64,000 nucleotides of DNA from Antedon mediterranea. Lineage: Eukaryota; Animalia; Echinodermata. Positions 52,775 through 64,000 of the stretch are shown here, in pieces (positions within the stretch are counted from its first letter, which is position 1; each line of letters starts with the position of its first letter). The notes below the pieces were generated by a model. It searched no databases. It was given only the letters and a program-made list of their open reading frames with translations, and was not told where the DNA came from. A program made the translations under genes and the position numbers. The DNA lies in NCBI RefSeq assembly GCF_964355755.1, contig NC_092674.1, positions 20,894,001 through 20,958,000 of the forward strand, written 5' to 3'.

Positions 52775-54905
52775 TATGCATTTACGCCCTCTACGGCGAA
52801 TAAGTAACTAGCTTTTACAAACGTTTTTAAACTTGACCTACTTAATTTTTTCACAATATTTTGTTATGGATCGATGACCCTTGGCCTACTTTACCATTTG
52901 GCACCCTAGTTCCGCGAACCTTTTTTTAATCTACGCCCTCTACGCCGAATAAGTATAAACTGGCTTTTACGAATGTTATAACACTTGACCTACTTAATTG
53001 TTTTCAAAATATTTTGGTATAGATCGATCACCCTTGACATACTTTACAATTTGCCACCCTAGTTCCGCGAACTTTTTTTGCATCTACGCCCTCTACGGCG
53101 AATAAGTAACTGGCTTAGTACGACGAAGGAAATCGAAAGTACAAGTACGATGAAGGGAGTCAAAGGTTTAAGAATGACCAAGGAAAACGGAAGTTCGCTT
53201 ATTATTTGAGTTGAGTTCTTTATGAACATTTTAATCGTTTTATTTTATCTTATGATAGATAACTACTCAAAAGTATGCAATATTGGCCTACTTTACCATT
53301 TGTCACCCTAGTTCCGCGAACCTTTTCATCTACGCCCTTTACGGCGAATAAGTAACTGGCTTGACGAACGTTACAACACTTGACCTACTTATTTTTTTCA
53401 AAATATTTTGGTATAGATCGATGACCCTTGACCTACTATACCATTTGCCACCCCAGTTCCGCGAACTGTTTTGCATCTACGAATTCTACGGCGAATAAGT
53501 AACTGGCTTTACGAACGTTATAATACTTGACCTACTTAATTTTTTCACAATATTTTGTTATGGATCGATGCCCCTTGGCCTACTTTACCATTTGCCACTC
53601 TAGTTCCGCGAACGATTTAATGTTTTTAAAATATTTTGGTATGGATCGATCACACTTGACCTACTTTAACATTTGCCGCCCTAGTTCCGGGAACGTTTTT
53701 GCATCTACGCCCTCTACGGCGAATAAGTAACTGGCTTTACGAACGTTATAACAATTGACCTACTTATTTTTTTCAAAATATGTTGGTATGGATCGATGAC
53801 CCTTGGCCTACTTTACCATTTTCCATCCTAGTGCCGCAAACATTTTTGCATCTACGCCCTCTATGGCGAATAAGTATCTGGCTTTACGAACGTTAAAACA
53901 CTTGACTTACTTAATTTTTTCAAAATATTTTGGTATGGATCGATCACCCATGACCTACTTTACCAATTGCCACCCTAGTTCCGCGAACTTTGTTTGCATC
54001 TACGCCCTCTACGGCGAATTAGTAACTGGCTTTACGAACGTTATAACACTTGACCTACTTAATTTTTTCACAATATTTTGTTGGATCGATGACCCTTGGC
54101 CTACTTTACCATTTGCTACCATAGTTCCACGAACCATTTTGCATCTACGCCTTCTACGGTGAATAAGTGACTGGCTTGACGAACGTTATAACACTTGACC
54201 TACTTATTTTTTACAAAATATTTTAGTATGGATCGATGACCCTTGACCTAATTTACCATTTGCCACCCCAGTTCCGCGAACGTTTTTGCGGCTATGCCCT
54301 CTACGGCGAATAAGTAACTGACTTTACGAACATTATAATACTTCACAATATTTTTGAATGGATCGATAACCATTTACCTACTTTACCATTTGCCACCCCA
54401 GTTCAGCGAAATTGTTTGCATCTACGCCCTCTACGGCGAATAAGTAACTGGCTTTACGAACGTTATAAGACTTGACCTACTTAATTTGTTTCACAATATT
54501 TGGGTATGGATCGATGACCCTTGGCCTACTTTACCATTTTCCATCCTAGTTCTGCAAACATTTTGGCATATACGCCCTCTACGGCGAATAAGTAACTGGC
54601 TATACGAACGTTATAACACTTGACCTACTTAATTTTTTCACAATTTTTTGGTATGAAGCGTTGACCCTTGACCTACTTTAGCATTTGCCACCCTATTTCC
54701 GCGAACTTTTTTGGCTCTACGCCCTCTACGGCGAATAAGTAACTGGCTTTTACGAACGTTATAACACTTGACCTACTTAATTGTTTTCAAAATATTTTGG
54801 TATGGATCGATCACCCTTGGCCTACTTTACCATTTGCCACCCTAGTCCCGCGAACTTTTTTGCATCTACGCCCTCTACGGCGAATAAGTAACTTGCTTAT
54901 TACGA
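52775..54905. repeat. ~147-bp tandem repeat (about 13-14 copies) abutting a LINE 5' region
   Basis: catctacgccctctacggcgaataagtaactggctttacgaacgttataacacttgacctact.. recurs with 146-148 bp spacing (for example ~53702, 53848, 53997, 54142). Confidence 0.9.
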
Positions 54906-55012
54906 AGAAGGAAATCGAAAGTACGATGAAGGTAGTCAAAGTTTAAGAATAACCAATGAAAACGGAAGTTCGCTCTACTTACCAAATCGTAATTATTTGA
55001 GTTGAGTTTTTT

Positions 55013-58000
55013 ATGAAAGTTTTAATCGTTTTATTTTATCTTATGATAGATAACTACTCAAAGGTATGCAATATTTTATCGTTTAATTGTTTTGGTCTGA
55101 AAAGTGCTCTGCACTCTCTTGACCAATGTATTGTCGACAATAAATGTGATGTTACTTTTCTTTGCGAGCATTGGCTGAGTGAAATACTATTTTGGAATCA
55201 AAGGATATCAGACTTTGCTGAAATCAAGTTTAAACCCGGAAGAAGTGTCAACCGGCAGACCTCACGGAGGTATTGGCTTCATATGTAAGCTTGCGAAAGA
55301 CAGTTTAAAGAGAACTGTCGATCTCGAACATAAACGCATAAGCGCAATTCAGATTGTGAACGATGGTAATAATTTATTGTCCATTTTTTGGTGTTTATAT
55401 GCCCCATTTTGATCAGTCCTATGACCAGCTACAACTGTATGCTGAAACAATTGATGCGTTTTGCAGGGATACATTGATGATTGTGATTATAGTCCGGTCA
55501 TTATTGTGGGGGATCTGAATGCCTCACTACCACGAAAAGTCAATTTACAGCGAAATTGGTTTAAATCGCATCCATTTAATGCCCATAGTATGATTATGTA
55601 CAGTTTTATATGTGATAATGATTTCTCTGTTTGTAATTTTGATTTTAACCAATTTATTGACCACACTTATTTTAAAGGTATCTACCGTATCTACATCGAC
55701 CATGTAATTGTTAACGAATACTCTCGTAGCAAAATCAGCAACTGTCAAATTCTAAGTGACATCCCGAACAATACCAGTGATCACTATCCTCTTATTACCA
55801 CAGTTGACATGTAGGTAAATATATCCTTAAACAAAGATAAGAATGATGATCAAGAGGCGTGTTACAACCGTTAATGTAGAAAACGTCAGCTAATGTCGAA
55901 ACAGCCTTTAATGTAGAACAATCCACCGCTAATGTAGTAAATATAAATCAACATTAGCTAATGTAGAAACGGTCAACAGCTTATGTAGTAACGAAAATTG
56001 CCTCCCAGCTTATGTAGTTACTATCGCCAGCTAATGTAGAACATTTTATATATTTTACAAAAATGTCTAAATCATGTGCAAATGCATCGATTTTTACTAT
56101 GCTATCAGTCTTTCCATCTCTTAAATTGTAAGCAAAATGACCACACATCGTAAGCAACCATCTCTGTTAAGGGACCGCTTCTCATAATCGACCACCTCAC
56201 GTAAGGGTTCACCTCCTCTCATAAGGGACCGCTTCTCATAATCGACTACCTCTCGTAAGCGACCACACCTCTCGTAAGTGACCACCTCTTTTAAGAGATC
56301 ACGACCTCTTTCTCTCTATTAAAGGACCGCTTCTCATAATCGACCATCTTCCATCACAATGACCTCTTGTAAGCGACCTCCTCTCTTAACGACCACACCT
56401 CTCGTCAGTGAAGACTCTTTTAAAGGACCACATCTCTTAACGACCACACTTCTCGTAAGTGACGACCTCTTTTAAAAGACCACCACCTTTATTAAGGGAC
56501 TGCTTCTCAAAATCAACCATCTCCCATCACAACGACCCCTCGAAAGTCATCACATCTATTGAACGACCACCGCTCGTAAGCGACCGTCTCTCCTAACGAC
56601 CACAACTCTCATCAATGAAGACTTCTATTAAAAGACCGCTTCATATAATCGACCATCTTCCATCACAGCGACCTCCTCTCTTAACGACCACACCTCTCGT
56701 CAGTAGTGGCGACTATTTATGAAAGTGGTCCCTTAAGAGAGGAGGTGATCACTTCCGAGAGGCGATCGTTTATGAGAAGTGGACCCTTAACAGAGATGCT
56801 GGTCGTTCAATAGAGGTAGTCATGTTCGAGTGGTCGTTGTGTATGGAGGTCGTCGATTATGTGAAGCGGTCCTTTAAAATAGGTCGTGACTGACGAGAGG
56901 TGTGGTCGTTAAGAGAGGAGGTCGCTTACGAGATGTTGTCAATTATGAGAAGCGGTCCCTTAACAAAGACGGTGGTCGTTTAATAGAGGTGGTCACTTTC
57001 GTTGTGATGGAAGATGGTCGATTATGAGAAGCGGTCCTTTAATAGAGATAGAAAGAGGTCGTGGTCCCTAAAAAGAGGTGGTCACTTACGAGAGGTGTGG
57101 TCGTTAAGAGAGGTGGTCGCTTACGAGAGGTGGTCGTTTATGAGAAAAGGTCCTTTATGAGAGGAGGTGATCCCTTACGAGAGGTGGTCGGTTATGAGAA
57201 GCGGTCCATTAAACAGAGATGGTTGCTTACGATGTGTGGTCGTTTTAGAAAGTTGGTTACTTACGAAAGGTGGAAAGCTAAGTAAAGGTCGATGTATTTG
57301 CACATGATTTAGACATTTTTGTAAAATATATAACATTTTCTACATTAGCTGGCGATAGTAACTACATAAGCTGGGAGGCAAATTTCGTTACTACATAAGC
57401 TGTTGACCGTTTCTACATTAGCTGGTGTTGATTTTTATTTACTACATAAGCTGTTGGTATTTCTACATTAGCTGGAGGTTTTACTACATTAGCGGTGGAT
57501 TGTTCAACCTTAACGGTTGTTTCGACATTAGCTGGCGTTTTCTACATTAGCGGTTGTAACAAGGCGTCTATGGAATTTCCGATGTGTCACTGGGAAGTTT
57601 CTGTCGTGAATTTGAAAGTAATTTCAAATCTAAGATTGATAAAATTAACTATCAAGAAAATTGTATTAATGATCATGACTCGGCTCAGTCTTCTATTAAC
57701 AACAAACACATTTTCGCTGTTATTCATGATTCTTGCAATTCCAGTACAACTAAAATAGTACTAGGTCAAGAAAGACAGTAAACTGGTGGAACAGCAACTG
57801 CACAATTGTCAGGGACAGACAACGATTTTGATTTGGTATATGGAAAGACTGTGGAGGGCATAGGTCCGGCCAGATATGTTCATGTTATAAACTTGCCAAA
57901 AACATAGTAAATGTATAAATGTTCCCTTGCAGAGTTTTTTAAGATGTAACTTAATATTTATAAATGAAAATATTTATATATTTAAAAAGATAATACACAA

Positions 58001-58545
58001 ACATAATAAAATTGTTTATTTATCAAAATGATTATGTTTTGAAATGAAATAAAGGTGATTGAACCTCACAAAAGAGAAAAAAAAGTAAATTAATTAAAGA
58101 AGCGTTGGGTTTACCTAAATTCTGTTAGAAACACTGCTCACTCTTTAAATTTACCTAAGTTGTCCAATATTATTAAATGTAACCAAGTTAGTTTACTTCA
58201 CCAAATATTTATTAGTGATTCCAAATCTAGTTCTTTTTACTCGCATCTGTTAAATAGCAATTTAGAACATGTAATAAACCCCTAATTGATAACATAAAAA
58301 ACAATGACTTTTCTAGTTGTAATATTGTCTTTAATAGTACAAACCGCCATAATCTTTTAAAAATGTGTAAATCTGTCAATGATGGTATCTGTGATAGCGT
58401 TAATTCTGCCCTTTTTCACAATGATTTTAACACTTTATTTAACTGTTTGATTCTTGTAAATCTTCATTTTGATTTTTTTATTTTGCTGTACAGTTTTTAT
58501 ATGTTTCTCCTAAGGGAGGTGAATAAATTTGAATTTGAATTTGAA
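55013..58545 (+). pseudogene. Degraded LINE (APE endonuclease, internally deleted, 3' tail) interrupted by a foldback element
   Basis: Motifs SFNCFG..FLCEHWL, GRPHGGIGFIC, IVGDLNA, IDHVIV and NTSDHYPL, with frameshifts. Continues after 57566. aataaa(tttgaa)3 tail at ~58522-58545. Confidence 0.8.
55860..57561. mobile_element. 1.7-kb foldback element with TGT..ACA ends and a 5-bp TSD (Ginger2/TDD-like, non-autonomous)
   Basis: tgttacaaccg.taatgtagaaaacg.cagctaatgtcgaaaca is inverted at both ends. TSD AGGCG at 55855-55859 and 57562-57566. The arms remain inverted to the centre (~56700). Confidence 0.8.
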
Positions 58546-58574
58546 TTATATACATTACATTTTTATTTTGACAG

Positions 58575-58794
58575 GATCAGAATAATGACTGGTTCTTCGG
58601 AAACTGCGCAGTTCTCATGAAAAGTGGTTTCTGGTTCAAGGAATGTAACCATGCTAATCCAAATGGACTATAGAAAGGGCGATGGATCAGGAAGGAATAG
58701 GGACATCATCACATGGGGTAGTTGGGGAACGTACGGATATAAATATTGTATGAGAAGTTTCAAAATGATAGTCAGACCAACAAGTTTTAGATAA
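58575..58794 (+). pseudogene. Fibrinogen C-terminal (FReD) last exon, disrupted
   Basis: After ttttgacag: DQNNDWFFGNCAVLMKSGFWFKECNHANPNGL(stop/frameshift)..IITWGSWGTYGYKYCMRSFKMIVRPTSFR*. Confidence 0.85.
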
Positions 58795-59817
58795 CTCTAA
58801 TGTTACGTATCGACATTTTTATGGTGAATTTATACGAAAATAATTATTTTAAATGAAGCCTTTAAATTGTTGTTAACATTTTGGCAAATTTTAAATAAAA
58901 AGATTTAGACAATTGATTTGTTTTATTTAGTTTGTCATTTTTATCCTTACAAAAATTAAGTCTAAGTATATTTTTTATAGTGCAGGGGTGATTAAGTAAG
59001 TATAACAACTGTTAAGGTTTGTAAATATTTCCGATGTGCAGTAGCACAGTATAGTAAGCCAAAGGTGACGACGTGTTCTGGATACGAGTAACAGTAGAGA
59101 AAAACAAATTAAAATAAAAAACCAAAGAAAACAATTTTTTATTGAAGAACGGTTACTGCTATAACATTCTAATTAATTTATAAAAAATAAGTTGAGATGT
59201 AGTATCTTATTGAAACCCAGTAAACATAATTTTTATAGCCTACAATTCGTCTGTTCCACATGTGGGTCGGAATTGATATCTGTAAACTGCTCCAAAGATA
59301 GAATAAAACAACTAAAATACCTCCGTGAGAGTGTTACATTTTAATGGTGTTGACTGTAGCCTATGACTATTAACATGAGTAAGGGAGAACAATTATCACC
59401 ACATTTTTATCCATAAAAGAAGTAATTTAATGAAAGCATAGAAATATATTATATCTCTTTATTTATGGAAACCTGCACTGAAGTTAGACTTTTTTATGTT
59501 TTTGTAACTTAAGCACCGAAATTTCCAATTGATATTAAGTGATCATAATAAAACCACTGATTTGACGAACATTCTTTTTTGTCGTCTTTTATTTGTGTGT
59601 TGAGACCTGAAACGCGCAGAAAATTGATTAGAAATTGATTGTTCGCAATATAAAGTTTTAATTGCGCGTGCGCGCGTAAATTCTTGCGCAATAAGCCATG
59701 TTTAATCAATACAAAGTTGACCCCTTATATACATCATGATTTTATGAAGTTTCAATAAAAAATGACATATCGTTCTGAATGTATGATTAATCATAGAATT
59801 TCATCACTGGCGCTAAC

Positions 59818-61140
59818 TTATTTATTCATTTATTCAATATTAACATGAAAATGTACCCATCAAAAGGACAAAAATCTAAAAATTTACAAATATAAAAATT
59901 TAAAGGTACAAAATTAAAAAATCTATAAAAAATATACAAAATTGAAAATTTACAAAAGCAGTACACAAACACGCGAGGAGAAATTGCACATGACGACGAA
60001 TAAAACAAGAATCATTTGTGATTAAGGAGTTTGGCGAGAAAGGGTATAGCATTTTTGGCATATCTTTCGGTTCGAGGACGGGGGATGAGAAATTCGTTGG
60101 ATTTTCTAAGGAGCATACTGTGAGAACGAGAATTAATACGAAACCACTCTTTGAAAGAATTGGAACAGACGCATCGATGTGCAAATGCTTTAAATAATTT
60201 AATTCTTCTCGTATCAAGCGTCTGAAGATTAGTACTTTTAAGTGCGTTAAGATATGTGTCGTACTTAGATCCCAATATAATCCGAAGCGCTCTTTTTTCA
60301 ATTCGCTCAATCATGAGAGACTGTTTTATAGTAATACAACTATGCCACGCTGTTGAGGCATACTTGACAATAGGACGAACGTACTCAACATAAACAGACA
60401 CCAAATGGCAAGCAGAAACTCCAAAACGCTTGAGACGATTAGGCATATATAATCTACGGCTACTATTAGAAATCATATTGCTAACAAGAGTATCCATCTT
60501 AAATTTGCTTGAATAGGGATACCAAGAATTTTTATTTCATGCACAAAATCCAGCAATTTACCACCTATGACTAAGTTTGGAGGATCGGAAGGGTTATTTT
60601 TAAAACAAACTTGCAAGGCTGATGGATTGAGTTTGAGAAAGTTGTGACTAGCCCAGTTATCTAGATCACAAACTTCAGAATCAACAAAATTGGGATCACT
60701 AGCACGACGGACCTCAACAAGGCTAATATCGTCAACATACTTTCATTTAGATGATTCGGCGTTCACGACAGCATCGTTAATTATAAAGTTAAAAATAATT
60801 GGTCCAAACTTAGTGCCCCGAGGGACGCCACAAGAGAGCGTTACCCATTCAGAGAGATCGGAATAGTAACGAACTCTTTGGCGTCTGTTGGTAAGAAAGT
60901 CAGCTACCCAGGGCAAGATTTCATTTCGAACACCAAGATCAAAAATCTTTTGGATTGCAAGCGTATGATTGACAGAATCAAAAGCCTTGGTGAAGTCATT
61001 TGCAACTGACGTACCAACAGTGTTTGGTTTGTCTGAGCTTTTATAAAGAGTATCCAGCATCTCAACCAGACAATGAGTTGTTGAGGATCCCTTTATTCCA
61101 CCCAATTGATGGTGATCAATTCGGGGGGAGATATCGATAC
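59818..61140 (-). pseudogene. 5'-truncated L2/CR1-group (Crack-like) LINE RT fragment
   Basis: QLGGIKGSSTTHCL, DFTKAFDSVNH, WVADFLTNRRQRV, GVPRGTKFGPIIF, KYVDD (frameshifted), YVRPIVKYASTAWH and ERIEKRALRII. Simple-repeat tail at ~59818-59840. Confidence 0.88.
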
Positions 61141-61204
61141 CCATTTACAAACCAACTCCTCACATAGTCGATTCAAACTGTTTCATTACCACAAAAAAAT
61201 TGCA

Positions 61205-63690
61205 AGAAAATATGGTCTCAACAAATATATATCAAAAGTTTACCAAAATCGGAATACCGCAAAGGTTCAAATTGTGACGTTAAAAAACATGGCCGCCAAT
61301 TTTTTAAAATCGGTAGTAGACAGCTGTAATTGGTGTCAAATTGTTCAAAATATATATGTTTATATTTACACTTTTGGAACATTTTGTTGAAACATGACCG
61401 AAAATTCCATTTTGTGACCTTTGACATATATAGCATGATGTTTATATATCTACGTAACTGCAAATCACAGAGTCTTGATATTGGTGTCAACATGTTCAGA
61501 ACATACATATTTATATTTACCTTTTTAAAACATTTTGTTAAAACATGACCGGAAATTCCATTTTGTGACCTTTGACCCATATATAGCATAAAAAAACTGT
61601 TCATATCTACGTAACTAAAAATTATAGAACCTTGATATTGGTGTTAAAATGTTCAGAACATACATATTTATATTTACTGTTTTTGAACATTTTGTTAAAA
61701 AATAACCGAAAACATAAGGTTTTGACCTTTGATACTTATGGCATGAAATAATTATCACATACATGTACATGAGGCATGTATTTTACACGAAGGATATTTT
61801 CATGCAGAGCATGTAATCAGCTTTCGCACTTAGACACACAGCGTGTTGAAGATTCAAACGTAGTATTTTGTAAAAATTTTTAAATATAAAATACCTAAAT
61901 TATTCCTAACTTGATTACAGATTAATATAGAGGAATCTTTATTTGTAATAACTGCCAGGTTTGTGGACGTTCAGTTTAATTGTTTGTTCCGACATACCAC
62001 TCTTCTGCTCCTTTGTAATTTCGTATAATTAAATGCTCCACACACTTTCCAAAAAAATCTGGAATGGGAATATTTGATGCACATTTACATTTCGAGGGAG
62101 AGTTCAGATGTTTTTATGATTCTTGTTGCCATATTTTGTAGCGAGAATTTAAATTGTGTCATCTTTGTTTTGTACAGTATTTGGATTTTGTTCACAGTTT
62201 TTGTCTTTCGTCGGAAATTATTTGCAGAGAAAGTGGATGCGGTGTAGATTCTTCAGCAGAGCCTGTATAATGGTTATGGTGAATGATCACTTTCAAATTT
62301 GATAATTAATTCATCTGTTGATTTGCCATCATTGTTCCCAGTTTCCCATAACTTTTGGTAGATGTTCGAATCGTGACAATTCCAACTGTGCCATAGTTTT
62401 CTCCTTTTTTAGACGTTCCATCTAGATGTAATGTATGATTGGATTTGTCAAGCAGTTCTTGCGAGGATGACAACTAATCCATGTGTATTTTTGATAACGG
62501 CTCTGTCTCCAAGCTTCCAAGTTGTGAAACACATGTAGTCTATAGCATTTCTAGCTCCAACATTATACTTTGTTGTTGTTGTTTAATAAATCCATAATTC
62601 AACTATTTTTCATTGTAATGTCCATGTTCATATTACGTCTTCATCACTCTGTTTTTTCACTTCTTTGTTGTCATTTCTTCAAGTTTGCTTGCTCAAGATT
62701 TGAGGCATGTTCAAGAAGAATTCCATTATATTTTTTTTTCATTATTGCACCACAGCTCTTACAACTTTCTCACCCTTTAATCTCCTTCCTTTAATCCTTG
62801 TAAACATGCTAGTTTGCATTGTTTCACTTCTCCCTTGTTATTGCTTCCAATTACTTTTATTTAATCTGTAACTGTTCAGCTTTTAACCCATTGATATCAT
62901 ATCAGAGGCCAACGTGCTATAGATGGTTTTAATTCTTCCTTTTGTTGACATTTTTTGGTGTGTATCGTGACATTTTTTCTCTTGCATCTATTATTTTTAC
63001 ATTATTTTCAAACTGTATAGTTACACAATCAAGTTCCTTTGCCATTGTTTGCATTTGATTGTTTTCACTGCCATTTGCCTTTTATTTCCTTTAATCCATT
63101 TTCACATGCAATTCCTTTCAGATCATGTATGTGTATTATAGGCTCTGCATAGACATCGTGTCATGGGAAAACCTTGTGTTTTCAATTATTTTTCAACAAC
63201 ATTTTCAAAAACAGTAAATATAAATATGTATGTTCTGATCATTTTGACACCAATATCAAGGTTCTATGATTTTTAGTTACGTAGATGTGAACATTTTGTT
63301 ATGCCATATATGGGTCAAAGGTCACAAAATGGAATTTCCGGTCTTGTTTCAGCAAAATGTTTAAAAAGGGTAAATATAAATATGTATGTTCTGAACATTT
63401 TGACACCAATATCAAGACTCTGTGATTTGCAGGTACGTAGATATATAAACGTCATGCCATATATGTCAAAGGTCACAAACTGGAATTTCCGGTCATGTTT
63501 CAACAAAATGTTCAAAAAGTGTAAATATAAACATATATATTTTGAACAATTTGACACCAATTACAGCTGTCTACTACAAGCGGTAACATTGGCGGCCATC
63601 TTTTTTAAGGTCAAATTTTGAACCTTTGCGGTAGTAAGTCTGATTTGAGTAAACTGTTGATATATGTTTTTTGAGACCATATTTTATTTT
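61205..63690. mobile_element. Long-TIR DNA element remnant (Academ-style subrepeats) with a degraded internal coding-like region
   Basis: ~61205-61735 is inverted at ~63170-63686, with ~120-bp tgacctttgac subrepeats like those in the 4975 TIR. True termini and TSD were not identified. Confidence 0.6.
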
Positions 63691-64000
63691 AATACATCAA
63701 AAAAACATTTTCTTGGGGTTAGGCCCTATATTTTCATTGATCCGACTAACAGACTTTTGCTAGAATCGACGTGAGTGATATAGGGCGAAGATTTGAAGCA
63801 GTAGGAATTTCATAGTGGTTACTTTGGGGGACTCCGGGGACCGAAATGATGGAATGGGATTGTAATCTATTGCTCACAATTTGGATTCCCTTATGCCAAT
63901 TGGATGGATCATTCTTTTTTAAATTTGAAAGGCGGTCTTGATAAAAGAATTTTTTTTGCTGATTTGATAGAGAAAATGATTTTGTTTCTAAGGAAGCGCC

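Larger units (their letters stand above)
35955..59815 (+). repeat. Tandem segmental duplication (unit 1 ~35955-45860, unit 2 ~46048-59815)
   Basis: Collinear shared blocks: 36000-36270/46100-46365, 37850-38165/46375-46715, 38790-39940/46745-47410, the gene exons, and 44905-45860/58815-59805. The units differ by element insertions. Confidence 0.9.

Noticed and set aside
52775-54905. CRISPR array or coding repeat (ORFs 53527, 53803)
   Set aside because: The whole unit repeats with no spacers, and the ORFs are chance frames broken by indels between monomers.

Overview
AT-rich eukaryotic DNA, most likely from a marine invertebrate (inferred from spliced genes and repeat content), with no prokaryotic features. 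Most of the window is transposon-derived. (1) 1-4800 is a tandem array of a ~1.5-1.8 kb repeat ending in a Helentron/DINE-style hairpin. (2) 4975-25592 is a 20.6 kb Academ-like DNA transposon (TAG..CTA ends, ~1.1 kb TIRs, ACA TSD). It contains a 12 kb CAC-ended element with a 7-bp TSD carrying decayed CxC-type, Ulp1-like and chromodomain exons (KDZ/Zisupton-like), an apparently intact autonomous Harbinger (spliced DDE transposase plus Myb/SANT gene), LINE and Penelope fragments, and a minimal hammerhead ribozyme motif. (3) 30-60 kb holds a tandemly duplicated host gene for a secreted signal peptide-PAN/Apple-Cys linker-FAMeT-domain protein: two intact 4-exon copies and one pseudogene. Each intact copy is followed by orphaned fibrinogen-domain remnants. 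Independent insertions in this region include a Helitron, a solo LTR, P-like and Mutator-like MITEs, a Ginger-like foldback, EnSpm-like elements with minisatellites, and LINEs. Family assignments come from motif recognition by eye; no database searches were run.
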